This document shows positions 8,072 to 16,365 of a stretch of 32,000 nt of DNA, one piece after another. Location of the stretch: assembly GCA_039809905.1 (NCBI GenBank), contig JBDHVY010000001.1, positions 570,001 to 602,000 of the forward strand, read 5' to 3'. Every line of letters starts with the position of its first letter. Position 1 is the stretch's first letter. A model generated the notes under the pieces. That model had not been told where the DNA came from and did no database searches. It saw only the letters and a program-made list of their open reading frames with translations. The DNA is from Candidatus Babelota bacterium (lineage in GTDB: Bacteria; Babelota; Babeliae; Babelales; Vermiphilaceae). The translations under genes were made by a program, and so were the position numbers.

Positions 8072-8626
8072 CTAAGAAGATCCATTAAGATCATATCGTA
8101 CTATAGTACATAAACTTTGCATTGTACCTTGTATAGGTTTCTTTCCATATCCATAAAAAGAAAATATACCATCTTCATTTAAAAAAGGTGCTGGTTGATG
8201 GGGTAATGACGATATAAAATCTTCAAAAGATTCTTTTTTTGTGCTTATATGCTGACAATTTCTTAAGGTATGGCATGCCATACCTAAATTATAAATACCA
8301 AATCTTTTATAAGCATAACAACATTGACCACCATATGGATGCCATTTAATGCCTATCCTATCATTAGCTAATTGTTGCGATAATAATTTTTTTCTTTTTG
8401 GAGCTGCTGCAAGTATGCGCTGTTTGTTCGTTTTACTGGTTAGGGCAAATAAACAGAGTTCATCATGTCCCAAATAATAATCACAAACTAAATTTAAAAC
8501 TACATCTTCTGAAGACATGGAAACATTTTTGTCAATTTCCATAACTTCTTCAACTTCCATGCAACGAATAAATGTATTCAAAATCAATAAACACATTAAC
8601 AAAAGATTTTTGCCATTATATCCCAT
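8072..8626 (-). CDS. Hypothetical Cys-rich protein with an N-terminal hydrophobic leader
   Basis: 184 aa with an AGGGA SD 5 nt upstream. The leader is NLLLMCLLILNTFIRC. Located directly downstream of glyA on the same strand. Confidence 0.55.
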   Translation of the reverse strand: MGYNGKNLLLMCLLILNTFIRCMEVEEVMEIDKNVSMSSEDVVLNLVCDYYLGHDELCLFALTSKTNKQRILAAAPKRKKLLSQQLANDRIGIKWHPYGGQCCYAYKRFGIYNLGMACHTLRNCQHISTKKESFEDFISSLPHQPAPFLNEDGIFSFYGYGKKPIQGTMQSLCTIVRYDLNGSS

Positions 8627-8656
8627 TACAATCCCTATAATTAGAATAGATAAAAG

Positions 8657-9952
8657 TTATACATTTATTGGAAACTCAGCACACATATTACGCACTTTAA
8701 CTTTTATCGCACTCAGCACCGCATCACTATCATGGTGAGAAATAACATCATCAATAAAATGAGCAATTGCTATCATTTCATTTTCTTTCATGCCGCGTGT
8801 GGTAACTGCAGGAGATCCAATACGAATACCGCTGGTGATCCACGGCTTTTGAGCATCGAATGGGATACAACTACGAGTTACATTAATACCTGCTTTTTCA
8901 AGAGCATTATCTGCTTGCAATCCAGTAATATTTTTCGAGGTAAGATCAACAATAAATAAATGATTATCCGTGCCACCAGCAACAATGCGATAGCCGAAGG
9001 AACTCAATTCACGCGCCAATGTTTGCGCATTTTTAATAATCTGCTGCTGGTAATCATAAAACTCCGGTTGCAATGCTTCATGGAACGCAACTGCTTTGGC
9101 CGCAATTGTATTCATTAATGGCCCACCTTGCATGCCCGGCATAATTGCACGATCAATTTTTATCGCATGCTCAGATGAGCTCATAATTAATCCACCACGA
9201 GGCCCACGCAATGTTTTATGCGTTGTGCTCGTTACAAAATCAGCACAATCAATGGGGTTAGGATGCAATCCAACTGCAACCAATCCGGCAATATGAGCAA
9301 TATCAGCAAGTAAAAGCGCATTAACGCTTTTTGCAATAGAAGATAATCGTTGAAAATCAATGGTACGCGAATATGCAGAAGCCCCACACACAATTAATTT
9401 TGGCTTATGTTGATGAGCCAACTGCTCAATTTCGCTATAATCAAGACATTCTGTATCGCGATTTACCGTATATTGAATGCTATTAAACAAAGTACCAGAA
9501 AAATTAACACCATGACCATGGGTTAAATGTCCGCCAGAAGCCAAGCTCATACCTAAAATAGTATCGCCTGCTTGCAGCATAGAAAAATAAACTGCCATAT
9601 TTGCCTGGGAGCCAGAATGCGGTTGCACGTTTGCATGGCTAGCACCAAATAATTTTTTACAACGATCTATAGCCAAAACTTCTGCTTCATCAACCAATTC
9701 GCATCCTGGATAGTAACGCTTGCCAGGATACCCTTCAGCATACTTATTGGTCAATACTGAACCGGTTGCCGCCATCACAGCCTCTGAAACATAATTTTCT
9801 GAAGCAATCAGGTTAATAGTATTTTCTTGGCGCTGTTGTTCACGGATGATTATATGAAAAATTTCTGGATCGATCATATTTTTGTTCATGGCAAAATCCA
9901 TTTCATGGTTGATGCTATCATGCAAAGGAGAAGTATTCATAAGCATACTCAT
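8657..9952 (-). CDS. glyA: Serine hydroxymethyltransferase
   Basis: [34 protein letters not shown], the PLP-lysine motif [14 protein letters not shown], and length all match. The true start may be an internal Met (for example [14 protein letters not shown]), because the first roughly 20 aa exceed the usual N-terminus. Confidence 0.95.
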   Translation of the reverse strand: MSMLMNTSPLHDSINHEMDFAMNKNMIDPEIFHIIIREQQRQENTINLIASENYVSEAVMAATGSVLTNKYAEGYPGKRYYPGCELVDEAEVLAIDRCKKLFGASHANVQPHSGSQANMAVYFSMLQAGDTILGMSLASGGHLTHGHGVNFSGTLFNSIQYTVNRDTECLDYSEIEQLAHQHKPKLIVCGASAYSRTIDFQRLSSIAKSVNALLLADIAHIAGLVAVGLHPNPIDCADFVTSTTHKTLRGPRGGLIMSSSEHAIKIDRAIMPGMQGGPLMNTIAAKAVAFHEALQPEFYDYQQQIIKNAQTLARELSSFGYRIVAGGTDNHLFIVDLTSKNITGLQADNALEKAGINVTRSCIPFDAQKPWITSGIRIGSPAVTTRGMKENEMIAIAHFIDDVISHHDSDAVLSAIKVKVRNMCAEFPINV

Positions 9953-10109
9953 TTTTATTAAAAGGTTAGGCTTTTAGAGTAGCACCAGAGCCTTATTGCA
10001 GCAAATAGTTATTAAAACCTTCTCAATTTTTTTCAATTAACCTCTTGACATTGCTATTTGCCTTTTTTAAAGCCTTTTTTTATACTTAAAAAAGAGACCT
10101 CTCTTCAAT

Positions 10110-10145
10110 AAAGGGGTCCCCATGCGAACAAGTGAGCATAGGGTT
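10110..10145 (+). repeat. GC-rich hairpin motif, copy 1 (in the efp 5' leader)
   Basis: AAAGGGGTCCCCAT 14-mer shared with copy 2. The stem CCCCATGC (10118-10125) pairs with GCATAGGG (10136-10143) with one mismatch. Confidence 0.5.
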
Positions 10146-10176
10146 AAACTAACTGCGTCAACCTGAAGGAAATATA

Positions 10177-10743
10177 GTGATTGCTACGACCGATTTTAAA
10201 AAAGGCATGAAAATATTGTATAACAACGCCCCATACATGATTTTAGACTATCATCACGTAAAACCAGGAAAAGGTGGCGCTTTTGTTAAAACAAAGATGA
10301 GAAACATGATTACCGGACTTATTTGGGAAGATACCTTCCGTTCCGGTGAAAAATTTGAACAACCTGATCTTGAATATAACGATATGCAATATCTTTATTC
10401 AGACGGCGGTTTGTACCATTTTATGGACCAAAATACCTTTGATCAAGTTTCATTCAATAAAGAACAAATTGAAGAAGTTCTCGATTTTCTTAAAGAACAA
10501 GAAATATACACCGTTCTTAATTTTGAAGGCAAGCCAATAACCGTAACACCTCCAATGTTTATGGAAATAATGGTTAAAGAAACAATGCCTGGTGTTCGCG
10601 GCGATACTGCTCAAGGTGGCGCAACAAAACCTGCAACACTTGAATCTGGCCTTGTTATTCAAGTTCCTTTATTTATTAATGAAGGCGACATGATTAAGAT
10701 AGATACTCGCGATAAAACATACATGGAACGAGTTAAAAAATAA
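10177..10743 (+). CDS. efp: Translation elongation factor P
   Basis: 188 aa with a GTG start and a GAAGGA SD. VKPGKGGAFVKTKMRN loop and typical EF-P length. Confidence 0.95.
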   Translation: MIATTDFKKGMKILYNNAPYMILDYHHVKPGKGGAFVKTKMRNMITGLIWEDTFRSGEKFEQPDLEYNDMQYLYSDGGLYHFMDQNTFDQVSFNKEQIEEVLDFLKEQEIYTVLNFEGKPITVTPPMFMEIMVKETMPGVRGDTAQGGATKPATLESGLVIQVPLFINEGDMIKIDTRDKTYMERVKK

Positions 10744-10762
10744 CTCGCTTACCAAACGTCCT

Positions 10763-10800
10763 AAAGGGGTCCCCATAAAAAGCGTAGCGATTATGGGGTA
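10763..10800 (+). repeat. GC-rich hairpin motif, copy 2 (between efp and nusB)
   Basis: Same 14-mer AAAGGGGTCCCCAT (10763-10776). A perfect 8-bp stem forms between CCCCATAA (10771-10778) and TTATGGGG (10791-10798), with a 12-nt loop and no U-tract. Confidence 0.55.
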
Positions 10801-10827
10801 AAGGGATTAAAACAGGGGATTTTAATT

Positions 10828-11328
10828 ATGTGTTCACTCATTTCATCTTCAGAAGAAGTTATTTTAGAAGAGAACGAGCAGACCGCTCCTAAATCATATG
10901 ATGATTTATCAAGACGGGATGTCCGTTCTCTTATTTTTCATTTCTTATATGCCGCAGATGCCTTTAATTATGAAGAATCGGTAGAATCTATCATTGATAG
11001 TTTTAATCGTGGATTTGAATTAAATGTTCCCTTACACGGTGAACTTGCAACCACCGTTAAAAACATTGTGGATAGCCGGCAAGATCTTGAAAAAACATAT
11101 GAGCCCTACCTTGCAAATTGGCGCTCTGAGCGTATTAGCGTATGCACAAAACTTATTTTATTATTCGCGGTTTGGGAATTTAAAAATACCGAAACAGATT
11201 CGCGTATTATTATTAATGAAGCAATTGAACTTGCAAAATGCTTTGCAGAAGAAGATGCATACAGATTCGTTAATGGGATATTAGATTCTGTCTCTAAAGA
11301 ATTCCGTAAAGAAACTGTTGAAAATTAA
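10828..11328 (+). CDS. nusB: Transcription antitermination factor NusB
   Basis: 166 aa. RRDVRSLIFHFLYA...RISVCTKLILLFAVWEF...EDAYRFVNGILD is the NusB-family pattern. It has an N-terminal extension of about 25 aa. Confidence 0.85.
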   Translation: MCSLISSSEEVILEENEQTAPKSYDDLSRRDVRSLIFHFLYAADAFNYEESVESIIDSFNRGFELNVPLHGELATTVKNIVDSRQDLEKTYEPYLANWRSERISVCTKLILLFAVWEFKNTETDSRIIINEAIELAKCFAEEDAYRFVNGILDSVSKEFRKETVEN

Positions 11329-11334
11329 ATTTCT

Positions 11335-12189
11335 TTATTCTAATTCTTGTGAAACACCAACACAATCAGATGACTGTGTAGCTTCATTGTCTAACGAATT
11401 GCGTAAAGAATCTAATATCAATACAGAAAGCTGACGATCTCTTTCTAATAAATCAGCTCTATCAACATCAAAAACATATTCGGGAGCTTTGTCATTGGCA
11501 AAATAAACAATGCTTGGCTCCGATATATATCCTACAATACCATGATCAGATAAATGCTTTTTAAAATGCTGATGCAGATATGGTAACCATTTACCAACTA
11601 ATGCATGGTGTAATCCTGAATGATTAGGCTCTTTTCCATTAATAAATACGCGCAAATTTGCTATTCGTTTATGTTGAGGATATTCACGCCCAGAAATGCC
11701 TAAAACAGTTTGTATAAGATCCTCAAAAGAAAACAAATTATATACATAGTAAATAATATTCATATTAGGAAGATAGTTATTCATGATAGGTGTGCCTAAG
11801 GTAAACAAGGCACGAATACGATGTTTATTGCCTTCTTCTTCTAACATATGAGATGCAAGAGCAGCAACATTGCCGCCATGGCTATGAGCGATAACATAAA
11901 TGGCGACAGAAGGATGATATGTTCTAATCAATTTTACAAGACTATGAGCTGCTGTAACACGCGCTTCATGACCAGCTCCACCGCTCCAGCGAAATGAAAA
12001 GACAGAACTGTTTTTTTTAGACACGGTTTGCTCGAGAGCATCAAAAAAATCACCTTTTGGCACATACCATGCAGCATCTGCTCCCCATGTTCCATGAATG
12101 ATAATGAATACAGACTGCGCCTGCAAGAAAACAGATACACTGAGCAAAAGAGCACATACTAATGTGGAAAAAAATCGCATAAACATCAT
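11335..12189 (-). CDS. Secreted alpha/beta-fold hydrolase (putative esterase/lipase)
   Basis: 284 aa. The leader is FFSTLVCALLLSVSVFLQA. IIIHGTWG is an oxyanion-type block, and a nucleophile-elbow GxSxG variant occurs in VIAHSHGGNVA. Confidence 0.7.
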   Translation of the reverse strand: MMFMRFFSTLVCALLLSVSVFLQAQSVFIIIHGTWGADAAWYVPKGDFFDALEQTVSKKNSSVFSFRWSGGAGHEARVTAAHSLVKLIRTYHPSVAIYVIAHSHGGNVAALASHMLEEEGNKHRIRALFTLGTPIMNNYLPNMNIIYYVYNLFSFEDLIQTVLGISGREYPQHKRIANLRVFINGKEPNHSGLHHALVGKWLPYLHQHFKKHLSDHGIVGYISEPSIVYFANDKAPEYVFDVDRADLLERDRQLSVLILDSLRNSLDNEATQSSDCVGVSQELE

Positions 12190-12280
12190 CTCATTATTCT
12201 GAAAATAAATACCTTATTCCCATAATAGATTACTATTATTTATGACGTCAAATTATTGTGAAAATAAGCAGAAAAACTAC

Positions 12281-12316
12281 AAAAAAAGTCCCCAGAAAAT
12301 CCAGGGACTTTTTTTA
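12281..12316 (-). terminator. Rho-independent terminator of the rpsA-ndk unit
   Basis: AAAAAAAGTCCC-cagaaaatcca-GGGACTTTTTTT. The stem is symmetric with A/T runs on both sides, 45 nt downstream of the ndk stop. Confidence 0.8.
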
Positions 12317-12360
12317 TATCTACACTATATTTTCAGTAGCGTAACCGAAATATTTATGAC

Positions 12361-12855
12361 TTATTCGTCATTCATACAACAGTCATCTTCATCTGAACAT
12401 TCATCTTCAGAACATTCACCTTCTTCTTCAGATCCGTAACCAAACAAATCAGGGAAGAATAATGAAAGTTCGCGCATTGCAGATTCTGAATCAGCAGATC
12501 CATGAACAGCATTGTTGCCAATATTTGTACCATACAACTTACGAATAGTACCTTCATCAGCTTTTGCTGGATCAGTTGCGCCGATTAAATCACGCCAAGA
12601 ACTAATAGCATTTTCTTTATGCAATGCCATAATAATTACCGGGCCTGAAACAACGAATTCAACTAATTCACCAAAGAAAGGTTTTTCTTTGTGTTCAGCA
12701 TAAAATTCTTCTGATAATTCTTGAGAAACGATCACTTTTTGTAAGCGAACTATTTCAAAATTATTATGTTCGATCATATCAATGATTTTGCCACTGTTTT
12801 TTGCTGCAACAGCATCAGGCTTAATCATTGCGAATGTTAATTTGGTTAATTCCAT
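12361..12855 (-). CDS. ndk: Nucleoside diphosphate kinase with an acidic, Cys-rich C-terminal extension
   Basis: I place the start at the ATG at 12855-12853 (MELTKLTFAMIKPDAV...), 1 nt after the rpsA stop. The catalytic region is NAVHGSDS-like (NNAVHGSADSESA). The tail is GYGSEEEGECSEDECSDEDDCCMNDE. Confidence 0.9.
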   Translation of the reverse strand: MELTKLTFAMIKPDAVAAKNSGKIIDMIEHNNFEIVRLQKVIVSQELSEEFYAEHKEKPFFGELVEFVVSGPVIIMALHKENAISSWRDLIGATDPAKADEGTIRKLYGTNIGNNAVHGSADSESAMRELSLFFPDLFGYGSEEEGECSEDECSDEDDCCMNDE

Positions 12856-12856
12856 A

Positions 12857-14731
12857 TTATTCCGTATCGTCAGATTTGTTTTTGTCAGATTTTTGCATTG
12901 CAGACTCAAGAGCAATTTGTAAAGAACCACGCACTTTTTGTGGAGCTTCTTCTTTTTTCTCTTTCTTTGCAGCAGCCTTAGGTTGCTGTTTAGGTTGAGC
13001 TTGCTTTTCTTCTGCAGTTTTTGCAAAAGATTCTTTTTTAGGTTCAGTCTTTTTCGGTTCAACTTTTTTCGGTTCTTGTTTCTTTTCTTCAAGAAGCGTA
13101 CTTAAAGCCAATTTGCGTTCTTCCTTATTGATATTAACAATACGGAATTGCGTTTTTTGACCTACCGTGAAGAATTCTTCAGCTTTTTTATTTTGTTCTT
13201 GTGAAAGAACTGTATTATGCATAAGTCCTTCAATATTGTTTGGCAATCTTACAAAAGCACCAAAGTTGGTAATTTTGCTAATTTCACCTTCAACAATAGA
13301 ACCTACCGGATATTGTTCTGCAACTTTTTCCCATGGATCTTGCGTTAATTGCTTAATGCCAAGAGAAATCTTTTTGTTATCTTTATCAATAACAAGAACA
13401 ACAGCTTCAACTTCTTGGTTCAACTTGTAACGATCTGATGGATGATCAATATGTTCTGTCCAAGAAAGATCAGAAATATGTACAAGCCCATCAATACCTG
13501 GCAATAATTGAACAAAAATACCAAAATCAGTAATGTTGCTGATCTTGCCTTTAATTGTTTGTCCAGGCTTGAATTGTTCGTTTACTGTTTCCCAAGGGTT
13601 TTTGCCAAGTTGCTTAACGCTTAATGACATACGACGGTTTTCTTTATCCAATGAAACAACAAGAACTTCAATTTCTTCACCAACTTTATACAGACGGTTA
13701 AGATCAGTAATGCGATCGGTCCATGAAATTTCAGAAATATGCACAAGTCCTTCAACTTCTGGAGCAACTTCTATAAAGAGACCATAATCGGTAATACTTG
13801 ATATTTTACCTTTGATCTTGTTGCCAACAGCAATACTTGGACTAATTTGATCCCAAGGATTGGTTTGTAGTTGTTTAAGACCAAGAGATATTTTCTCATT
13901 GTTCTTATCAAAGCTGAGTACTTTAACGGCAATATTATCACCAATACGTACCATTTCGCTTGGATGAGCAACGCGACCCCATGTCATATCAGTAATATGC
14001 AATAGTCCGTCAACGCCGCCTATGTCTATAAATACACCATAGTTGGTAATATTCTTAACAACACCTTGGATAATTTGGCCTTCAGTCAATGTTTCTAAGA
14101 TTTTTTTACGATCTTCTGAACGTTGATCATGCAGGTATTTACGACGAGAAATAATCACATTTCCACGTTTTTTATTCAATTTAAGGATACATGCTTTGAT
14201 TGTTTGACCAACATATTGATCAAAATCAGTCACACGTTGAAGATCAATTTGAGATCCTGGTAAGAATGCAGGAATACCAATATCAACGTTCAAGCCACCT
14301 TTAACTTTGTGAGTAACCACGCCTTCAGCAGGCTCGCCCTTCTCAAAGAGCTTGGTAACAGCATCCCACGCGCGCATTTCTTTAGCTTTTTCGTATGATA
14401 ATACGATTCTGCCATCAGTATCTTCAAGTTGATCAAGAATTACTTCAATCTCATCACCAGCATGAATCTTTTTCAATTCATGTTCGCCAAATTCATAGCG
14501 AGGAACAAGTCCACGAGATTTGTATTTAATATCAACAAGAACACCGTTATCTTCTACTGCAACAACGGTACCTTTGATAAGTTTACCTAATTGGAAAGTT
14601 TCAACAGCACCTTTATAAAGCGCATCAAGCTCTCTCAGGAGCTCATCGTCAAGTTGCAGGGCTATTGTCTCAATACCAGATTTCATTTTAACCGTACAGA
14701 ATTGTTCCGGTCTTACGAGTTCTTTTGCCAT
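12857..14731 (-). CDS. rpsA: 30S ribosomal protein S1 (six S1 domains) with a Lys-rich C-terminal tail
   Basis: 624 aa with repeated S1 motifs (GxVxxIxxFGxFVxL...GLxHxSE). An AGGA SD is present. The tail is QEPKKVEPKKTEPKKE... Confidence 0.95.
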   Translation of the reverse strand: MAKELVRPEQFCTVKMKSGIETIALQLDDELLRELDALYKGAVETFQLGKLIKGTVVAVEDNGVLVDIKYKSRGLVPRYEFGEHELKKIHAGDEIEVILDQLEDTDGRIVLSYEKAKEMRAWDAVTKLFEKGEPAEGVVTHKVKGGLNVDIGIPAFLPGSQIDLQRVTDFDQYVGQTIKACILKLNKKRGNVIISRRKYLHDQRSEDRKKILETLTEGQIIQGVVKNITNYGVFIDIGGVDGLLHITDMTWGRVAHPSEMVRIGDNIAVKVLSFDKNNEKISLGLKQLQTNPWDQISPSIAVGNKIKGKISSITDYGLFIEVAPEVEGLVHISEISWTDRITDLNRLYKVGEEIEVLVVSLDKENRRMSLSVKQLGKNPWETVNEQFKPGQTIKGKISNITDFGIFVQLLPGIDGLVHISDLSWTEHIDHPSDRYKLNQEVEAVVLVIDKDNKKISLGIKQLTQDPWEKVAEQYPVGSIVEGEISKITNFGAFVRLPNNIEGLMHNTVLSQEQNKKAEEFFTVGQKTQFRIVNINKEERKLALSTLLEEKKQEPKKVEPKKTEPKKESFAKTAEEKQAQPKQQPKAAAKKEKKEEAPQKVRGSLQIALESAMQKSDKNKSDDTE

Positions 14732-14929
14732 TTTGGCTCATCCTATAAGTCTTTTCCCATAATTAAGATATGGAAAAATGAGTAAAAGGGTTAAAAATAT
14801 ACAATATATTAAATATAGAGTACCAATATATTTACATCTTGACAAATATTATGTTTTTCTTGAATTGTTCTTTTTTTGCTTTACGTGGTACTTTCAGCTT
14901 AAAATGAACTCAAAAACCTTGGGGAATAT

Positions 14930-15826
14930 ATGAAGCATTCAAAAATAGCCATAATTGGAGCCGGATCTGTTGGATCAACAACCGCATATGCCTTAATACT
15001 TAAAAGTATCGCTGCTGAAATTATTTTAGTCGATATTGATGAACCGCGTTGCCATGGAGAAATCCTTGATCTTTCTGATGCTTTAACATTTGATGGTTCA
15101 TCAAAAATACGTTCTGGTAGCGCCGCAGATGCTGCGCAAGCTGATATTATTATTATAGCGGCAGGCAGGGCACAAAAACCTGGCGAAACACGCCGTGAAT
15201 TGCTCTCTTCCAATAAAAAAATAGTTGCTGATATTTTCACGACAATCAAACCAATAAATCCCGCCGCAGTCATTATCATGGTCACCAACCCCGTTGATCC
15301 ACTAACTGCATTGGCACAATCAATTTCAGGTTTACCTGTACACCAAGTATTTGGTACGGGAACTTTTTTAGATACTTTGCGTTTGCACGGTAGCATCGCA
15401 GACAAATTCAACATCGCTCGCGAATCTATTCATGCATATATTATTGGTGAACATGGTGATTCACAATGTGTTGCATGGTCATCCGCTGAAATTGCAGGAA
15501 CTCCCCTTGCCCAATTTCCTGATATGCATGAAGAAAACCTTGAAGCTATTGCACAAAAAGTTAAAAATATCGCATACGATATCATCGCATGCAAAGGATC
15601 TACTCATTTTGGCATTGCAAGCTGTGTTGCAAGAATATGCAACGCTATTGTGTTTGATCAAAAATTAATTATGCCACTTTCAACGTATATAAAAAATTAT
15701 GATGTAGTATTCAGCATGCCTGTTGTTGTAGGTGAAAGTGGGATTGAAAAAATAATTCCAATCCCACTTAATGATAACGAACAAAAAAATCTAGAAATGT
15801 CTGCTGAGCAGTTAAAAACACTTTAG
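14930..15826 (+). CDS. ldh: L-lactate dehydrogenase
   Basis: Rossmann motif KIAIIGAGSVGS. Substrate loop AGRAQKPGETRREL has Gln, not Arg, at the LDH/MDH discriminating position. The LDH active-site signature IGEHGDS is present. Confidence 0.85.
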   Translation: MKHSKIAIIGAGSVGSTTAYALILKSIAAEIILVDIDEPRCHGEILDLSDALTFDGSSKIRSGSAADAAQADIIIIAAGRAQKPGETRRELLSSNKKIVADIFTTIKPINPAAVIIMVTNPVDPLTALAQSISGLPVHQVFGTGTFLDTLRLHGSIADKFNIARESIHAYIIGEHGDSQCVAWSSAEIAGTPLAQFPDMHEENLEAIAQKVKNIAYDIIACKGSTHFGIASCVARICNAIVFDQKLIMPLSTYIKNYDVVFSMPVVVGESGIEKIIPIPLNDNEQKNLEMSAEQLKTL

Positions 15827-15831
15827 TAAGT

Positions 15832-16356
15832 CTATAATCGTGCATTCAATATGATTTCTTTTTTTCCTGCTTGTTCAATTGCATCATTAAGATACTGACA
15901 TATTTCTGGTTCGGGTTGAGCATTAACAGAATATAGTAATGCTCCTTGTCCATATCGGTAATACAAAGCTCTATTTGCTCTAATAGCTTCTATAAGCTCT
16001 TGATGTTTTTTCTTATTAAATTGTCCTAAATTTTGCAGCGAATCTGCATTTTTTTTAAATACCACCGGGCAAAATAACTCTACCTCACCAGGACCTTTAG
16101 AATGTGAACTTATTTTATTTTCATATTCCATAAGTTTTACTAACGTATTTTGCATTAATCTTAGGTTTTCGATGCGCCTACCTTTAAGAAAACTAGTATC
16201 AGTAATAGCTACAACTCCATCTATCTCTGTAAGCAGACCATCATTAATAGGAACTATTCCAATCTCTTGCGATGCCAATATATCCATGGCACAAGACTGC
16301 TTGATTGCTGTAATGCTTAATATCGTAAATAAAAATAACAATTTATAGTGATTCAT
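15832..16356 (-). CDS. Hypothetical protein with an N-terminal hydrophobic leader
   Basis: 174 aa with an AAGGA SD 5 nt upstream. The leader is LLFLFTILSITAIKQSCA. It lies 9 nt downstream of the CPT-like gene. Confidence 0.5.
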   Translation of the reverse strand: MNHYKLLFLFTILSITAIKQSCAMDILASQEIGIVPINDGLLTEIDGVVAITDTSFLKGRRIENLRLMQNTLVKLMEYENKISSHSKGPGEVELFCPVVFKKNADSLQNLGQFNKKKHQELIEAIRANRALYYRYGQGALLYSVNAQPEPEICQYLNDAIEQAGKKEIILNARL

Positions 16357-16365
16357 AAAAAATCC

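Noticed and set aside
10044-10086. Possible efp promoter (TTGCCT at 10058-10063, 17-nt spacer, TATACT at 10081-10086; also TTGACA at 10044-10049)
   Set aside because: It is plausible, but the -35 is weak and in AT-rich DNA such hexamers arise by chance. It is not supported well enough to list as a feature.
12856-13092. N-terminal 79 aa of the 243-aa track ORF that contains ndk (MKKRNKNRKKLNRKRL...)
   Set aside because: This part overlaps the rpsA C-terminus in another frame and is just the Lys-rich tail read out of frame. The canonical Ndk N-terminus (MELTKLTFAMIKPD) starts at 12855.
14899-15414. 171-aa ORF antisense to ldh
   Set aside because: It lies fully inside the well-supported ldh gene on the opposite strand. 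It has no SD and no recognisable motif, and is a typical shadow ORF.
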